This document shows, piece after piece, positions 1-13,960 of a stretch of 64,000 nt of DNA (positions are counted from its first letter, which is position 1; each line of letters starts with the position of its first letter). The notes beneath the pieces are model-generated. The model was not told where the DNA came from and searched no databases. It saw only the letters and a program-made list of their open reading frames with translations. A program made the position numbers and the translations under genes. Source of the stretch: Amphiscolops sp. MND2022 (Eukaryota); contig OZ076410.1 in NCBI GenBank assembly GCA_964187785.1, positions 77,934,001-77,998,000 of the forward strand. Direction: 5' to 3'.

Positions 1-252
1 ACATATCAAACACCCACTCTTCCACGTTCAAACAGTTCTTCTACCATAACAAAAACAGAATCACCCTCATTATTAACTTCTGTCATTGATACAACTGAAC
101 CTATTAAACTTTCTACACATACTTCTCAAGTAATACCCTTCTATGATCCTTACTTCTTTAAATACAAAAACTATTTTCAAGGTTTCTTATTACCAGATGA
201 TTTTTCATTTGACCTACACACATTATAACTTCAACAAACCCAAGATCCTGTT

Positions 253-1813
253 TTGAAAACAGTATATCACCGGATACGTCACAGTACTAAACCCGAATAT
301 CCTACACCTTTAATACATGCTTCTCCTTTTCTACACGCATACTACAAAATCGTTTCTCAACTTTTTATTGACAATGGCACTAACCTCATAAGTTTATATA
401 CAAAAAACAAATCCTTTTCTGATACACAATCAAATACAACTCCACCCTTAGTTTATAGTAATGTCAGGATTTGCCTTCCTTTTAGATTTTTTAAAACAGC
501 TTTCAACAAACTTCACGCCCATTGTCATACAGGCACTAAAATTACCTACAATACATTTTCACATTACTATTGTATTCCACTCCTTGAAAAATTGTTATCC
601 ATTTTCATACATGACTGTTTTGATTGTCAACGCAATAAACACTTTAATATGAAAATTGATACTGCTTCTCTACAATCTTTTTCAAAACATGCTCCTTCTT
701 TCAACTATCGTATATCAATGGATACCAAAAGTCCTATTACTCCTTCTTCACAGAACAAATCCTATATACACGTCATTGTTGATGTTTTCAGTTACTTTGT
801 CGTTACAGTACCTATTAAATTCAACAGTGCTAAAACAACAGTTAAAATCCTTTTACATCACTGGATTGTCAAATTTGGTCCACCTATATACCTTGTTACT
901 GATCGTGGATCAGAATATACTAACACTGATATGGCACATCTTTGTACACTTATGGGTATTAGACACTCTCCTAGAACACCCTACTCCCCTTGGACTTATG
1001 GACTCGTTGAAGTTCAGAACAAAAACCTTGGTACACATATTCGCATGTTTTTACAAAATACTCCCAAGGATTGGGCACATCAAGTTCATATGTACGCTTT
1101 TGCACATAACTCATAACGCCTTTCAGCACTCTATGTTTCACCTCATGAATTAGTCTTCCATATAAGACCTCGAATTCCTCTAACATTCGATTTGAATCTT
1201 AATCGTAACAAAAATAACACATGTATATCACAATATTGCTCCCAACTACCAGAACTTTATGACATTATGACAAAACTGACCTATACCCATTTTTTACAAA
1301 ACACTTTCAAAACCATTTCCACAATGGTTCCTTGCAGTTGCAACTGCTATGTTACAAATGTATTCAATCGTACATAACTATACTCTGAAAAAACTAAACT
1401 CTCAAACATACATAACAAAAACTTATCATGAAGGTAAACCTCTTCCACTTGGTACATTTGTTTTGAAACGTAATTTCATTCATGTTCACTTTTCAGACAA
1501 ACTTAAACCCCTCTGTATTCGTGCTTACAAAATATTGGATCAACTTTTAGACGTAACGTATGAACTATTATCACAAGATTGTAGTACAAGATTTCATATT
1601 CATCGAAACCATTTGATACCTTATTATCCAAAAGAACCACTCTTACACCCACAACTTCGTAATTTTATGCGATTTTCTGACTCCAATAATAGAGACATTC
1701 CCAAACCTATTAAAAACGCAAATAGTGATTCAATTTCATTTCTTTCTGACACTTCACATCCGATGATGAATCCTCTAATACCACTCATCCATATATTCCT
1801 GATACTTCTTTAA
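253..1813 (+). pseudogene. Gypsy integrase (HHCC zinc finger, DDE core, C-terminal domain), interrupted
   Basis: HAHCH...CFDC zinc motif; ISMD / LVTDRGSEY / GLVEVQNK form the D-D-E triad. Stop at 1114-1116; continues in ORFs 1192-1377 and 1349-1813. Confidence 0.92.
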
Positions 1814-2084
1814 ATGACACTTCATCTTATAATACAATTAGTAAAACTCGTGACACTAATCCATCTCATACTCGTATTCGTCACCCTACTGACAGCTCTG
1901 CTCTTCCTTCATCCAATGATACATCTCAAAACAGACATCCTAAATCTCATTATAGATTAAGACAACAACCACGAAAGGATTATAGACTTTTCATTTCACC
2001 CTCCAAAATTTTGAACCACTAATCACTTATAACTTTTAGAAACTTTAAATTAGTAACCCTCATCAGGCTCAGCTCTGAAGAATA

Positions 2085-2658
2085 GAACCCTGAATAGAAA
2101 TCAAAAAACGAAAAAAAACAGCAAATATCAAAATTGTGACAACAAGGATACGTCTTCTGATACATCTCCCTCTGCACCAAGTATAACTAGTTCCACTTCT
2201 CAAACAGTTTTAACGACTCACCCACGTAATGTAACTACACAACCTACAAGACCAATTTCTAAGATTTTTGATACGTCTTCAACCATAAGTTCTAGTACAT
2301 CTTCTAACACAAACCGACCTCCTATAAGTGAAATACCTATACCACGATCTCACTCTCATTCATCACCCATCCAGACTCCTCTGGTTTATATACCAAATCC
2401 AGATTGTGTTGCAAAATACATAGATTATAAACCACAAAAGTTTGGAACAGCTATCAAAACTGCTAGACTACTCCCACCTCAACTAGATATAGTACAAATA
2501 CCAAAATCAACTTATAATACAGACCTTGAATCAATTACAAAATCACAAATACATCCTACTCTAAAACCACTTAAAAAACTTTCTACTTCACTATCAAACC
2601 AAACTTATTAGACGACGATTCAACACAAGTATATAAACCCTCACAAGACTCAAATAGT

Positions 2659-2693
<35 letters not shown>

Positions 2694-5560
2694 CAACATC
2701 GATATAATCTTCGTCCTTTACCTCATCGAAGACTCAGTACTGATACATCTACTCTCAATTTTTCTGCACTATCCAGTTGTTCAGCTTCGCGTCTTATAAG
2801 ACAACACGCTCAGCACATTCGTATTTTACATCTGGGGTATTGATACTGCATCTTTAATATCATCTGACGTACAAACTGCATATATATCTGGTAACCTGTT
2901 CTCCGAAGTTTTAATACCTACACCAGTACAACCTACAGTACGCCTTACAGAATTTTTCACTGCTGATAACTCTAGACCACCCACTCCTAATTGTGCTGAC
3001 TATCCATTACGTGTTGACGATATAACTATATACGAACCTAGATTTGATCCTCGTTTTACACTTCTCGCAGAACGCTTTATACATAAAAACGATACAATTT
3101 CTGAAAAATGGAAAGAACTTGAACTTAAAAGACTCCAACATCCAAACCTAGAATTGAAATTTGAAGTAAAAATTAGATTTCAAGGATTGAATCCTCACCC
3201 AGTGTTCCAAGTAGCAAAACTAGAACAAAAAATTGCACCTGCTCCTTTCATAGTCACATACGTAGATTTCAATAGAGATTCTAAACTTCCAGATTTAACT
3301 GCAAAATCATGTTTTACAACCCTTATTCAGGCCTCAAAGACACTACATCATTCTAACACATATGTTCACAAGATATTAACAAATGATATTTTACACCCTT
3401 TTTGTAACATTTTATATTCTCAAACAATACCTATTGAACTTACAGATACAGATAATTATCTTCCTCAAGATGATCTAGATATTACAAATCTTATGGTTTC
3501 TCACTATGATTGTGAAAAAAAACATAATTTGACAAAATTCAATTTAATAAATGTAAAACCATGTACTGAAGCCCCTTCAAACATTCAACATGCTAAAGTT
3601 CGAGCCCGAGTTTATGTTCGAGCTAAAGCTGAAGGCGTTAAAGCTTTCAAATGTGAAGCTTATGCAAAGAAAGAACGAAAAATCAGTTTTCAAGACTCAG
3701 TTAAATATTGACGTGTTGATCGAACCGTATGGAACCACAATACATTACCTCTTCCTATCACTCTTGATCCATTCGAATGTAAAAAGCTTATTAGACTTCT
3801 TAATGGTACAAATAATAAAATTTTAAACAACTTTAGTTACAACCATACTTTTACACTCCTAGAAGATCTTTACTTCCAAGAGAAACTTGAACAATATCAA
3901 ACTCCTTTTACAGCTGATAACTTTAATAGAATGTATACTGGTACATTCACATACTTGCCAGCAGATAAAACTAGAATTTATGACCCAAAAACAATCCTTT
4001 CCACAATTGTCCAGCACATCATCAATTTGAAGTGAATCTACTTAGTTGTTGGAGACTCTCCGTCTCTGAAGTAGAACGTACGTATGATGATACAGAAAAC
4101 CTAATGGTAATAGATGGACATGCTCTTCCATGTTACTTTGCCGATGGTTTTTGTACACCCACTACTAAAACTCCTTTTACACTTGTCTGGTTTAGTGACG
4201 ACTTTTGTTTAGTCTTCACATTACAAGATTTTGTTGGAAGAATGACTAAAATGGATGATAGATATTGGTTTGAGACAGACTCCTTTATCCATTCTTCTTT
4301 ACCAAATAAAACTGATACTTATTCTGGAATAAAAGGCACTTCCTTTCCGTACATTCATGCACCCCATACACAAAACCCACATAACCCAAGCGTATCACGT
4401 TTTGAACTCTTTCAACACAGTCAAACATTTTGTGGCGGCAAACCTGAACCTATTTATACCACACAATATTCAGATCTTTTTGTTACTTATCAAGAAGGTT
4501 TCAACATGCATACAGGACAACCTAATCCTCAATCTATAATAAATGAATATATTTCTGGTAAAATAGTATTAGACTCTACAACAAAAGACTCTGTTTTTCC
4601 AGCACTAATTGTATCTAACAACTTTGCAACCATTGACTATGATTCTCATATTCATACAAAAATCGATTATACTATTAACCATGTCTTTCGCTCTATGACT
4701 GTACAAGAACTTAATACACTTCATACTATCTGAGAATTAGAACGTAATCAGCTCCTTACAATACTTGCTACGTCCGTACAAAACCCTCAACTGGCAGGAT
4801 TGCTCTTAACTGGTAATCGAAGTAATTTCCTATATGTAGAATGCTCTAGAGCTTGGCTATATGACTGTCCTCATTTTATCACCTTTATACAAAGCTGATT
4901 GTTGCTTTGATAGAATACCTATACATTACAAAGATACTCTCATGTATGTAGATCCCATTACAAGACAAACATATGACTATGCTACTCCTATACTTTGTGA
5001 TAATAATCCACGAAACATTATAGAACTTGACGCTGATACTGATGACCAAGATTTTTGTATTCTTCGCCCAGAACCTATAAAACGCAAACCTCCTCTTATG
5101 TTTACACCTAATCAAATCAAAACACTACAATACGCCCAAATACATTTACAGCTCAATACGCTGGTATATATTCAAATGCAGAACTCGATCAACTTTGGAA
5201 CAGAATTTTCTATTCAAAACATTTTGATACAACACTTCAATTACTTCAATGACAAACTCCTAAATCTTTTTCCTCTTTTTACACCATCATGGTTTGCTGA
5301 TGCATTCATAACTCTATTTGCTTATCGTGTTACATGTTACATTCTTACACAATGTGGAATATAATTCTCTACATTGCTTTTTATACAAGCATTTCTAACA
5401 CTCATTATCAAAGTTTATAAAACAATTTCCATCAAATATAATTTGGAACAAAACATAACTTATTTCAGTTCTATTGCACATGGTTTTTTAACATTCTTAC
5501 ATCTGAAATGATCAATGACCTAAAAGATGCTGCTTTTAAAAAAAGGGCATTAGGTCCGAA
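2085..5560 (+). pseudogene. Envelope/fusion glycoprotein-like ORF (class III, gB/chuvirus-G-like), fragmented
   Basis: S/T/P-rich N-terminus, hydrophobic segment near 2700-2880, Cys-rich ectodomain (CEAY; ELERNQLLTILA..NPQLAG..GNRSNF..AWLYDC; CFDRIPIHY..YVDPITRQ..PILC), C-terminal hydrophobic anchor near 5280-5500. Coordinates approximate. Confidence 0.7.
2661..2690. repeat. (TA)n microsatellite inside the env ORF
   Basis: About 14 TA units read directly from the sequence. Confidence 0.95.
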
Positions 5561-6018
5561 CAAAACTTCTTCAAATTTTTCTTCGTCAACCACTACTGAA
5601 AACCCATTAGACCAACATCCATCAATTCACATTATCCTTCTGATAATCTTCAACTCTCTCCACATCGAAATAACGATTCACAAAACTCAAACGGGATTAT
5701 ATCTCCACCTCCGTTTTATACTAAACGTCCTACACGTTAATTACTCAAAATGCCAAAACTTATATTCCTTCCAAAACGTAAATCCTATAATACAATCACT
5801 ATTGACAACTCAAAACAAGTAACACAATTTATGACACATCCTTCATTACCCTATTATACAAATGTCACTTCCAAATCTGACAACACTGAAACGGAAACTC
5901 CTGTCAAGATTTATGCAAAAACGAATTATTCGTTTCCACCATCTTTTTAACATCGGTCATTCGGCACTTCTCTTTACATGACACTAGTTGGCTACCACTC
6001 TGAAAAATCTACTCTGAC

Positions 6019-6168
6019 TTGAAAAATAAATACTTACAGAACGCCCTTTCTCCACTTGAAAAATAAACATCTACAGAACGCCTTTCTCCACTTGCAGAGA
6101 TTAAGTATATACAGAACGCCTTTCTACATTTGAAAAACGAAATACCTACAAAACGCCTTTCTTCACTT
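6019..6168 (+). repeat. Four degenerate ~36-bp tandem repeats (TTGAAAAAT...ACAGAACGCCTTTCTCCACT)
   Basis: Seen directly between env and the downstream ORFs. Confidence 0.85.
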
Positions 6169-6329
6169 CTTTCTATCAAATATCATTTCGTAATTTCTAA
6201 CAAAATTGATTCCTCAGTTGAAATCTCTATAATACGTCTAAATCAACCCATCATCGAAGTTCGTATTATATCTCAGCCTCAAACCACTCCTCCAACACAA
6301 GATAAAGCTACTCGTTAGTAGATTTCAAT

Positions 6330-7677
6330 ATGACTCAAGCTCATATAGATCTTCAATCTCAACTGCATTCACAAAATATTTCAAACATCTCAGATCCATC
6401 AACCACACCTTTGTGCAACACCTCACCGATTTTGTTACTCAGTCCTATTGAACCTACAAATAATCAACCAGAACAAATGGACACTAATCACATCACTTCC
6501 AAATCTTCTGATACTGTTGAAAAACCTCCTGAACAATCTATATCAACACCTCCATCGTCAAAAAAAATATGATATAATGAAAGATCCTATCTTTCTAACT
6601 TCTCCTGTATATCCACCAGTCATCTCTCCAAAAGATTCAATTTCAACACAAAAAGATGATTATCTCACACCGATTCTATCGACCGAAAATTTCACATTCA
6701 AATCTCAACTCACATCTCTATATATGCACCCGACTGACTACACCTTCAAACTATATGACAAAAACCAAGACTTCTTCACTTCTATTGCCTCGAAAATAAT
6801 GACACCATATCATTATTGGCTTGACAATAATGTTAAAATTTTCTCACTTCTGTTCAACTTTCTCAGACCGTCAATATACGACCTCAAAACTGATGAAGAT
6901 GGCCATTCCTTTCTTTCATCTTCGCAAAAAGCAACAAACAACTCATCATAATACCTAAACTACATTTCGCAAACATCAAAAACCAAAAAATACATTTTCG
7001 TAAATTACAAATATACATCACCATATAATATGACACACTTGTACACTGTTGACCACTCTCGTATAACGGGTTGTTTACGAAACTATGACCCTATAAAACT
7101 ATACTTTTGTCTCTTGCCGTATAACGATATATCAAGACCTATCATTGTTCCTCAGGAATATTTGATGCATTTTGACGACTTCCTCTTGCCATGTAACGTT
7201 CCTACTATCATAGCAAAGCCTCTCACTGTCATTAAACATCTTGTTTCTACTCCTCTCACAGACAAAGAGAAATCTTACTATACAGCGTTATAGAAACAAT
7301 CATACTCATATAACTAACTATTGTTCATCTCTGCAAAAGTTATCGCCTTCATGGTTAAGGCAGAAAAAACCAAATCTGAAACACAATACACTACTCCTGA
7401 ACAATACACGCCAAAACCAACAATAACTACCACTGACAAACTCAATACTGTTCTTACATCACGAACTCTCCGTGATCTCACTTACAAACTCGACCCGTAC
7501 AAAAAGAATCCTACGGATTCTCCACTTATAACACTCACACACATTCTCGAATGCTATGACCACACTCTCAAAATATTACAATCTTTAGACATTGACTCAC
7601 AACGAATTACTCAACCATCAAAAGCAAAACAAACAACACTTGAATATTTGAAAATTGTTTTTTCTAATCCTATATAA
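6330..7677 (+). pseudogene. Frameshifted accessory ORF of the Gypsy element, function unknown
   Basis: Consecutive same-strand ORF pieces 6330-6572, 6448-6951, 7030-7293 and 7321-7677 with protein-like composition. Confidence 0.55.
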
Positions 7678-8093
7678 CACCTCTCAGGTAAATCTCACTT
7701 TCCTTTTCTTATGGTACATTTCAAACCCCATACAGGTAAGATCTTTGACTTTTTTGAAACGCATCTTTTTACTCTAAAATATCTTGAACTATGATACAAA
7801 TTTTAACTTCAATATCAAACAAAACTTTCGCTGACATTATAAAACGATATAGTACCAAAATTTGATACAAAATTAGCTCCATTATTGGTTCACGTTTAAA
7901 CATTTTCGTTGTTTCAGAAACTTCTATTCTTCCCACTCCCCTCCTTCCTTTCTCGTGGCATTCTCCTTCTCAGTTGTCCACCCAACCTCCTTCAGACATC
8001 TCTTCTCCTGGACCTTCTTCTGTCCTCGACATTTCAGTCAAGCCCCAGTCGTTTCCATCAATTGTCTCCTTTCTTCCTCCTCCTCAGCGACAA

Positions 8094-8560
8094 TGACCTC
8101 TTCTAAAACAATGAAATCCATCTCTACACAAACCAATCAAACTGTCTCTTCATACAACCCTCATTCTTTAAACGCAGCAACATTCAAAACCCTTGCTCTC
8201 AAACTCGGAAATGAATTAAATCATGGCACGATTTTCCCTTCCACCCGTCAAGCATTTTTCAAAATTATGTATAATGTTTTTTTGCTCTCATCCAAAAAGA
8301 TACCTTTCGAACAGTATTATCGTCTCCATGTTTCTGGCCCTACAATTGCAATCTGTGAGACAAAATCCAATAATGTCTTCGTTCTCACTCATACATCTTT
8401 CGATCAGAAGAACTTCTATTTTTACATGCCGTTCAAGAAGCAGTTGACGCTTTCAACGCCGTCATGAAAGATTTTAGATTTTTGCAAAAACTAGCTCCTT
8501 ACGACCCATCCAAACACGCAACCCAGCCACACCCTTCTACTCATTCGCAAAACTTCCAAC
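8094..8560 (+). pseudogene. Second accessory ORF of the Gypsy element, function unknown
   Basis: ATG (MTSSKTMKS...) within ORF 7955-8467; appears to continue after a frameshift (FLQKLAPYDPSKH). Confidence 0.45.
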
Positions 8561-8810
8561 CTGGTTTGCTGTAATGCGTCATCTTCAACTTCTCTCTGTT
8601 ACAGTCGTCACCCATCTTCAACTTATCTTTGTTGCAGTCTTCCTCCCTCTTCAACTCCTCCTTGCAACTGTTTTGCCATCTTGCAGATTCTTCACCCTGA
8701 ACTTCTTCGATGTTCAAAAACTCGAACTATTTCAAACTTCAGTTTCATCTAATTTACCCTCAGATATAGTTCTTATTTAATCATTATCTAGAATCTTAAT
8801 ATTCTTTAGA

Positions 8811-9610
8811 TGTAGTCTTATAATCGTGTTTTCATAATATTTCACTATATCCTTTAGCTATAGTCTATTACTAATCAATAATTTGTTTAATATTTCTAAA
8901 GATATATTATGCATGAGACTCTACAGTACAAATCTCTATCAATACATTCTTACCTATCTTTCTTTCTACAGTACAATGTTCCTACTTCTAGAACACAATG
9001 ATACTTTTCAAACTTTGAAATATTTCTCAACGTCTTCTGAATTCTTTTCAAGCAAAATGGCTTTTTTCACTTTCGTTCACTACCCGCCAATGTTGGTTCA
9101 CAACTCATTGACAACGTCTTCCTCGATACATAAAATGTTTTCAGTTTTTCAGAAGTTGTTCACTTCACACAACTTTCACTGACTACTTGATTTGTTTTTT
9201 CAAAAAGGCCGATGAATGGATACTCGATTGAAGTCGAATCCAAATATATAAACATGTGGTCAAACAAAAACTAGAACCGAAGTGTCAGTCAAACTTACAT
9301 ACTTGACTTCTTGACTTTCAAAATTCGCACCAAAGTGAACTGAACCGCACTATAAGAAGTTAACTAAACCGCTTTGGGTAGCTCTCACTCCTTAGGTATA
9401 AAACACTCCTCAAACATACAACACACTTTACATAGCACCTGACTAACAACAAGATGCAAAACTTTCTAGAACAAAAATTCACTCCTCGGAATATCATGCT
9501 TGAAACGTTTTTCAAAAACCCGGTTGATTGTGATACCATGATACATGACCTCAAAAGTTTCTTACAGAAATTTCTAGAACTTTTTCTCTTTGACAAATTG
9601 ACATATGACA
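8811..9610 (+). repeat. Candidate 3' LTR (TGTAG...TGACA), containing TATAAAA and a 52-codon ORF that reads out of the LTR end
   Basis: TG..CA termini. ATG at 9454 runs to 9610 in the same phase (GAC A|) as the other LTRs in the window. No clear polypurine tract, so the left boundary is uncertain. Confidence 0.5.
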
Positions 9611-10120
9611 TCTTGAAGTTAACTTAATCTATTTAGTGAATGCTCTTACCAACCAGATATTATTACCACTAATCTGTTTAATAAATACTCTCAGTAATTT
9701 GATATGGTAACCCACTAATCTCTAAACTATTTAGTGAAAGATCCATCATTGAGATACTAGCCCACTAATCTATAATCGATTTAGCGATGCTTCTTCATTT
9801 AGACAGTTATTGATGACAGATAAATTATTGATGTATGTCCTGATAAATAACTACTCAGAGTTTACTATATCTCTCAATAGATAGGTTTTCTCTCAGTATA
9901 TAACTAGTGAAAGAAATAGAAAGGTATTCCTCCAAGACTTAGCTAAGCATCTAGTATTGAAAGAGGTCTCTAAGAACATCTACAGCGGCTTCTGCTTAGG
10001 ATGAAAGTAACTTCTTATATTAACATCTAACCTAACCCTAACCATAACCTACACCCCTCTTAAGCAGTACAGATGCTAAACACATTTTTTTGCGTAACTT
10101 GTGCATCCGTTCTTTTTTAG

Positions 10121-10587
10121 ATGACGCCATTGAAAACGAGATCGAGAAAATATGTGGTTCTAATCATCTCTTCCTTATTGCTTTGGGTTCTTCTCATTAC
10201 AATGTGGCCCTTTTCGAATTTTCTAGTTGAACATTCATTTATTAATCCTGTAACTGCAAAACGAGAGAAACTTTCGAAAGACACTCGATTTGGTATACCA
10301 ACTGAATATGGCAAAGAGCTGCGATTGGACAAAATCATACCCAACTTGTCAAAGAGACCCAGAAAGTTTTTTCTGGACTGCGGGGCCAATGTGGGTTCGA
10401 CATACAAGCTTTTCCACGAAATTTGGCCGAACCCTGAGGAGTATTACATGATATCTTTCGATGTAGACCCCTTGCTTGCTCCATATTACGCTGGGTTCGT
10501 TAACCACACTGCTCTGGTTCCGCTGGCGGTGTCAAACATGTCTGGCAGCGCTACTGTGCGCCTTGAGCAAACGTGGAAGCCTAACGT
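10121..10587 (+). CDS. First exon of a host FkbM-like class I SAM-dependent methyltransferase with an N-terminal membrane anchor
   Basis: Hydrophobic VVLIISSLLLWVLLITMW; motif I FFLDCGANVG; SFDVDP; GTAAGT donor at 10588. Downstream exons not found. Confidence 0.75.
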
Positions 10588-12361
10588 GTAAGTGTAGCTG
10601 TTTGCAACTTTTTTCTTATTCGATTGTTCCAGTTAACAGTTTCTTCGATCCTTGTTTCAAAAGAATCGTATCATGAAATGCAAGATTCTAGCGTCAAAAG
10701 ATTACCGAGATTGTTTTTCCAGCAATTTCGATCTCACAAAAGAATCAACGTAAGAAGTTGGAAATTTACTAAACGAGTGGCGATCATTGGCTAAGTTTTT
10801 GTTCCTTTTTGTCAGGTACAACTAAGAGCGACATAAGTAAAATTCAAACTTGGAGTAGTCAAGCGTTAGTCATAATTCATTGAAACTATGTTTTTGAATC
10901 TCAATTGGGCTCTTTACTGTTACAATCAACTCATATTTCCAGGGTGACAGTTTAGAATTGAGATACAAACTCTGTTCACGCTATTTTTGCCTATGAAGTC
11001 ACACATTCTTGTACTATAGTTATACTATATATACTACTATATACTGCTTGTACTATATATACCTTTTGAAGTTTAGATTCAACAAATTGCAGTTCAAAAT
11101 AGAAAATAAGGTAAATCAATATCAACAAGACTATTTTGGAAAATCAATTTCAACAAGTACAAACCATGTCAGAATTTCAATTTCAACCACCAGCGAAAAG
11201 TCCATTTACACAAGCAAAAATGTCAATTCAATTTCAACAAAGAAACAATTCGAACAATCAGAATACCAGATGGAAGATAACGTTTTCGATCCGTGAATAA
11301 TCTCTTCTGCCAGGCATTTTGGGATGTAAGTCATGGTAAGTTGTACCATTTTAAGTGGGCGCTTTTCTTGAGAAATGTGCCTGACTATTACAGTGGCTAT
11401 CCAAATACCTCACCCTGTATGTATCACTTTTTCGGCACTGTGCACTTTTAACAAAAGTACTTAGAACTTGATTTTGAAAGCCTCTAACATGAAATACAAA
11501 ACCATTGCAGTGCAGAAGGGTCCCCGTTTTCCAACTTTTCGGCACTCTGAGGTTTTCCCCGCCTGTTTTTTCAGCATTGTGAGATTTTTCAAAATGAATA
11601 GTTTTCGTCCTAAATTTGGTCTCCTCAGTGACCCAGCACGCTGTATCCGAATTTTGTTTTTTTTTTAAAAAAAACATCGTTTTTTCGGCACTATGCGACT
11701 TTTTCCGATTTCTTCATATCGAAGTCTCTCAACGTTTACTATAAACGAAATGCTTTGCGGGCATAAAGGACTTTTTTAGAATTTCCGACACAATTCGACA
11801 TTTGCCGAAAAATCCGATTTTTTCTCTTAAAAAAAATTTTAGTTCCAGTTAGTGAAAAAGTGTTTTTCGAGTTTTATCGAGCATAAAAAGCACAATTTGG
11901 GTGTTTCGAAACTGTTTTCTGCGTTTTTCATAAAAACTCTGCTCTTTTTGGACCTTTGATATAGCGCCGATTTTAGACGTTCCCTAGACGTCAAAGTCTT
12001 CTCCGCTGTTTGACGCATCTATAATATTTTAACTGTCGAAAGTGGATGTTGTGTATAAGACTTGTCTCAGCCTGTCAGCTGTGCTGGGTCCGAAGTGCAG
12101 CAGTGAATGAAGAAGAACAGAGAAAGCTCTCACCCTGATGATTGAAACTGACACTAACCACCCAACTTGTCCTAAAAACACTTGTGTAAACATTTTAAAT
12201 CGGGGGTTATTTCTTTGAATTGTCATTTTGGAAGATGTCAAGTAAAAATCCTAAATAACCCTTTTTGTACTGAGTTTATTTTATGCACCACAGAAGGCTT
12301 GAATCATGTTAAAACTTGAGACAATTTACCCAAAGTGATCATTAGATGACTAATCGATTAC

Positions 12362-13026
12362 TGTTGGAACTCACGTTCATAGTAGTACTTTCATTTACCA
12401 GATTGTCTACAGGGTCAGTCTCTAACTCGAAACGCAAAGCAGAACTACATTGTTCCGAGGCAGGGTTCGAGAGGTTGCCTACTTTTGACGTTAGGTTCTC
12501 GATCAATCTTAAGATTTCTCTCTGGCCGAATTCAGTATCTCTTAACCGCTTAGACAAGTGATTTTCGATTTTACTGGAGATGTCCTCAAAATCTTGCTCA
12601 GAAAGACTCACGTTTCCGTCATTTGAGTGGTTACAGTTCTCAATTTTTTCTTGGCTAGTACTCTGGTCACTCCTTAGTTTCTTTTTCTGTGACTTTTCAG
12701 GCATGTTTTCAAGAAAGGATATTAGCTCGGAATGTTTGAATTGAATATCTTCCTGGTGGTTGTTACGGGTAAATTATTTCCAAGCAGTACTAGTTAGCCA
12801 CAAAATAGTATCCAAATTGTTTCGGAAAATCTAAATGAGATAATTCTCGGCAAAAAACTAGCGAAAGCAACGATTATTAGAAGAGGAAAATTACGAAAAT
12901 AATATTCAAATTGCGGTTAAACGGTTTGTACAATTATAGAATAGCAACTGGTCCTTTCCTTATCCTGCTTCAGGTATATATACTTTACGCTAGACACGCG
13001 GGATAAATACCCCGCGTGAATTCACA
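12362..13026 (-). mobile_element. Gypsy LTR carrying a Gag N-terminal ORF (ATG 12704)
   Basis: Minus strand TGTGAA...TCCAACA. The ORF crosses the LTR end in phase 1. No matching TSD. Confidence 0.55.
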
Positions 13027-13960
13027 CCTTGTTCAGCTCGGCGTCAATCCGATACGGGAAACTTGAAATTAGGTCCGCTTCCTCGGGATTCGACTTTAAG
13101 GAAAAGTGGGAATCAACTTCCTGCCGAACTCCCGATTCCGCTTCGCTTTCTTCTCCATTCCCCGCCAATTCAGGACGCCGAGCTGAAGTTGGCGCTGAAA
13201 ATTAATGAATCTAGTAGTAAAGCGGGAAAGGAAAATGAAATTAGCATCGAACAATCCCAAATTTTACTGCTGATAAATCAAGGAAAATACTTCAAGTAAA
13301 TAAATTAACAGCACTGATTTCTTTTAATTCAGATAGTTATGGCCGTTAATTGGCATTTTAAGTCAAAACGAACAATAAAAATCCTGGATGAACGCCAGGT
13401 AACGTGTTTCATTTAGAGTTGTCTGGCCAGCTGACCAGGCGGTGGACTCAATTATACATGAACAAAACGATGCATGTGGGGGTGAATAATAGCATTGGGG
13501 GGGTTATTTCACTACGATATTATTAGACATTACATTCAACAAGGACGATTTCGCATCTCAGGTAGTCAAAGGTTATATATTAATTGAATATATTCGGTCG
13601 TCTGCCCAGGTCATCATTTTATTGGCGAAAGTTAGCACTTTGCCTGAGAGGTTGACTCAACTACAAAGTGAATCAAACATATCAATAATACTTCAGATAT
13701 CGTTGATTAGTATTCATTGGACGCTCTCTTGGTATTTAGCTTCTTTCAAGCTGTGAAAACTTGTGTAAAACTAGCATCGATTATTTATGATTGAATGTTC
13801 AGGCAGTGCGACTGAGCGTGCGTCCCAGCTTCAGTCGACTGGTAAGCTGCCTGGGACGTTGACTCAATTCTTCAATTAGTATCAACTGCGCTTGATTGTG
13901 ATTGGCTAATGCGGACAGAATAATTCAAAGTCGCTGCTGCCGCTGAGGCAAGTCCCCAGT

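Larger units (their letters stand above)
1..9610 (+). mobile_element. Decayed Ty3/Gypsy LTR retrotransposon with env-like and accessory ORFs (5' part lies outside the window)
   Basis: Integrase, then an env-like ORF, two more ORFs and a candidate 3' LTR ending ...TATGACA at 9610. Many stops and frameshifts. Confidence 0.85.

Noticed and set aside
11391-12000. Tc1-like element starting TA|CAGTGG
   Set aside because: I found no right TIR and no transposase; the 108-aa and 66-aa ORFs look non-coding.
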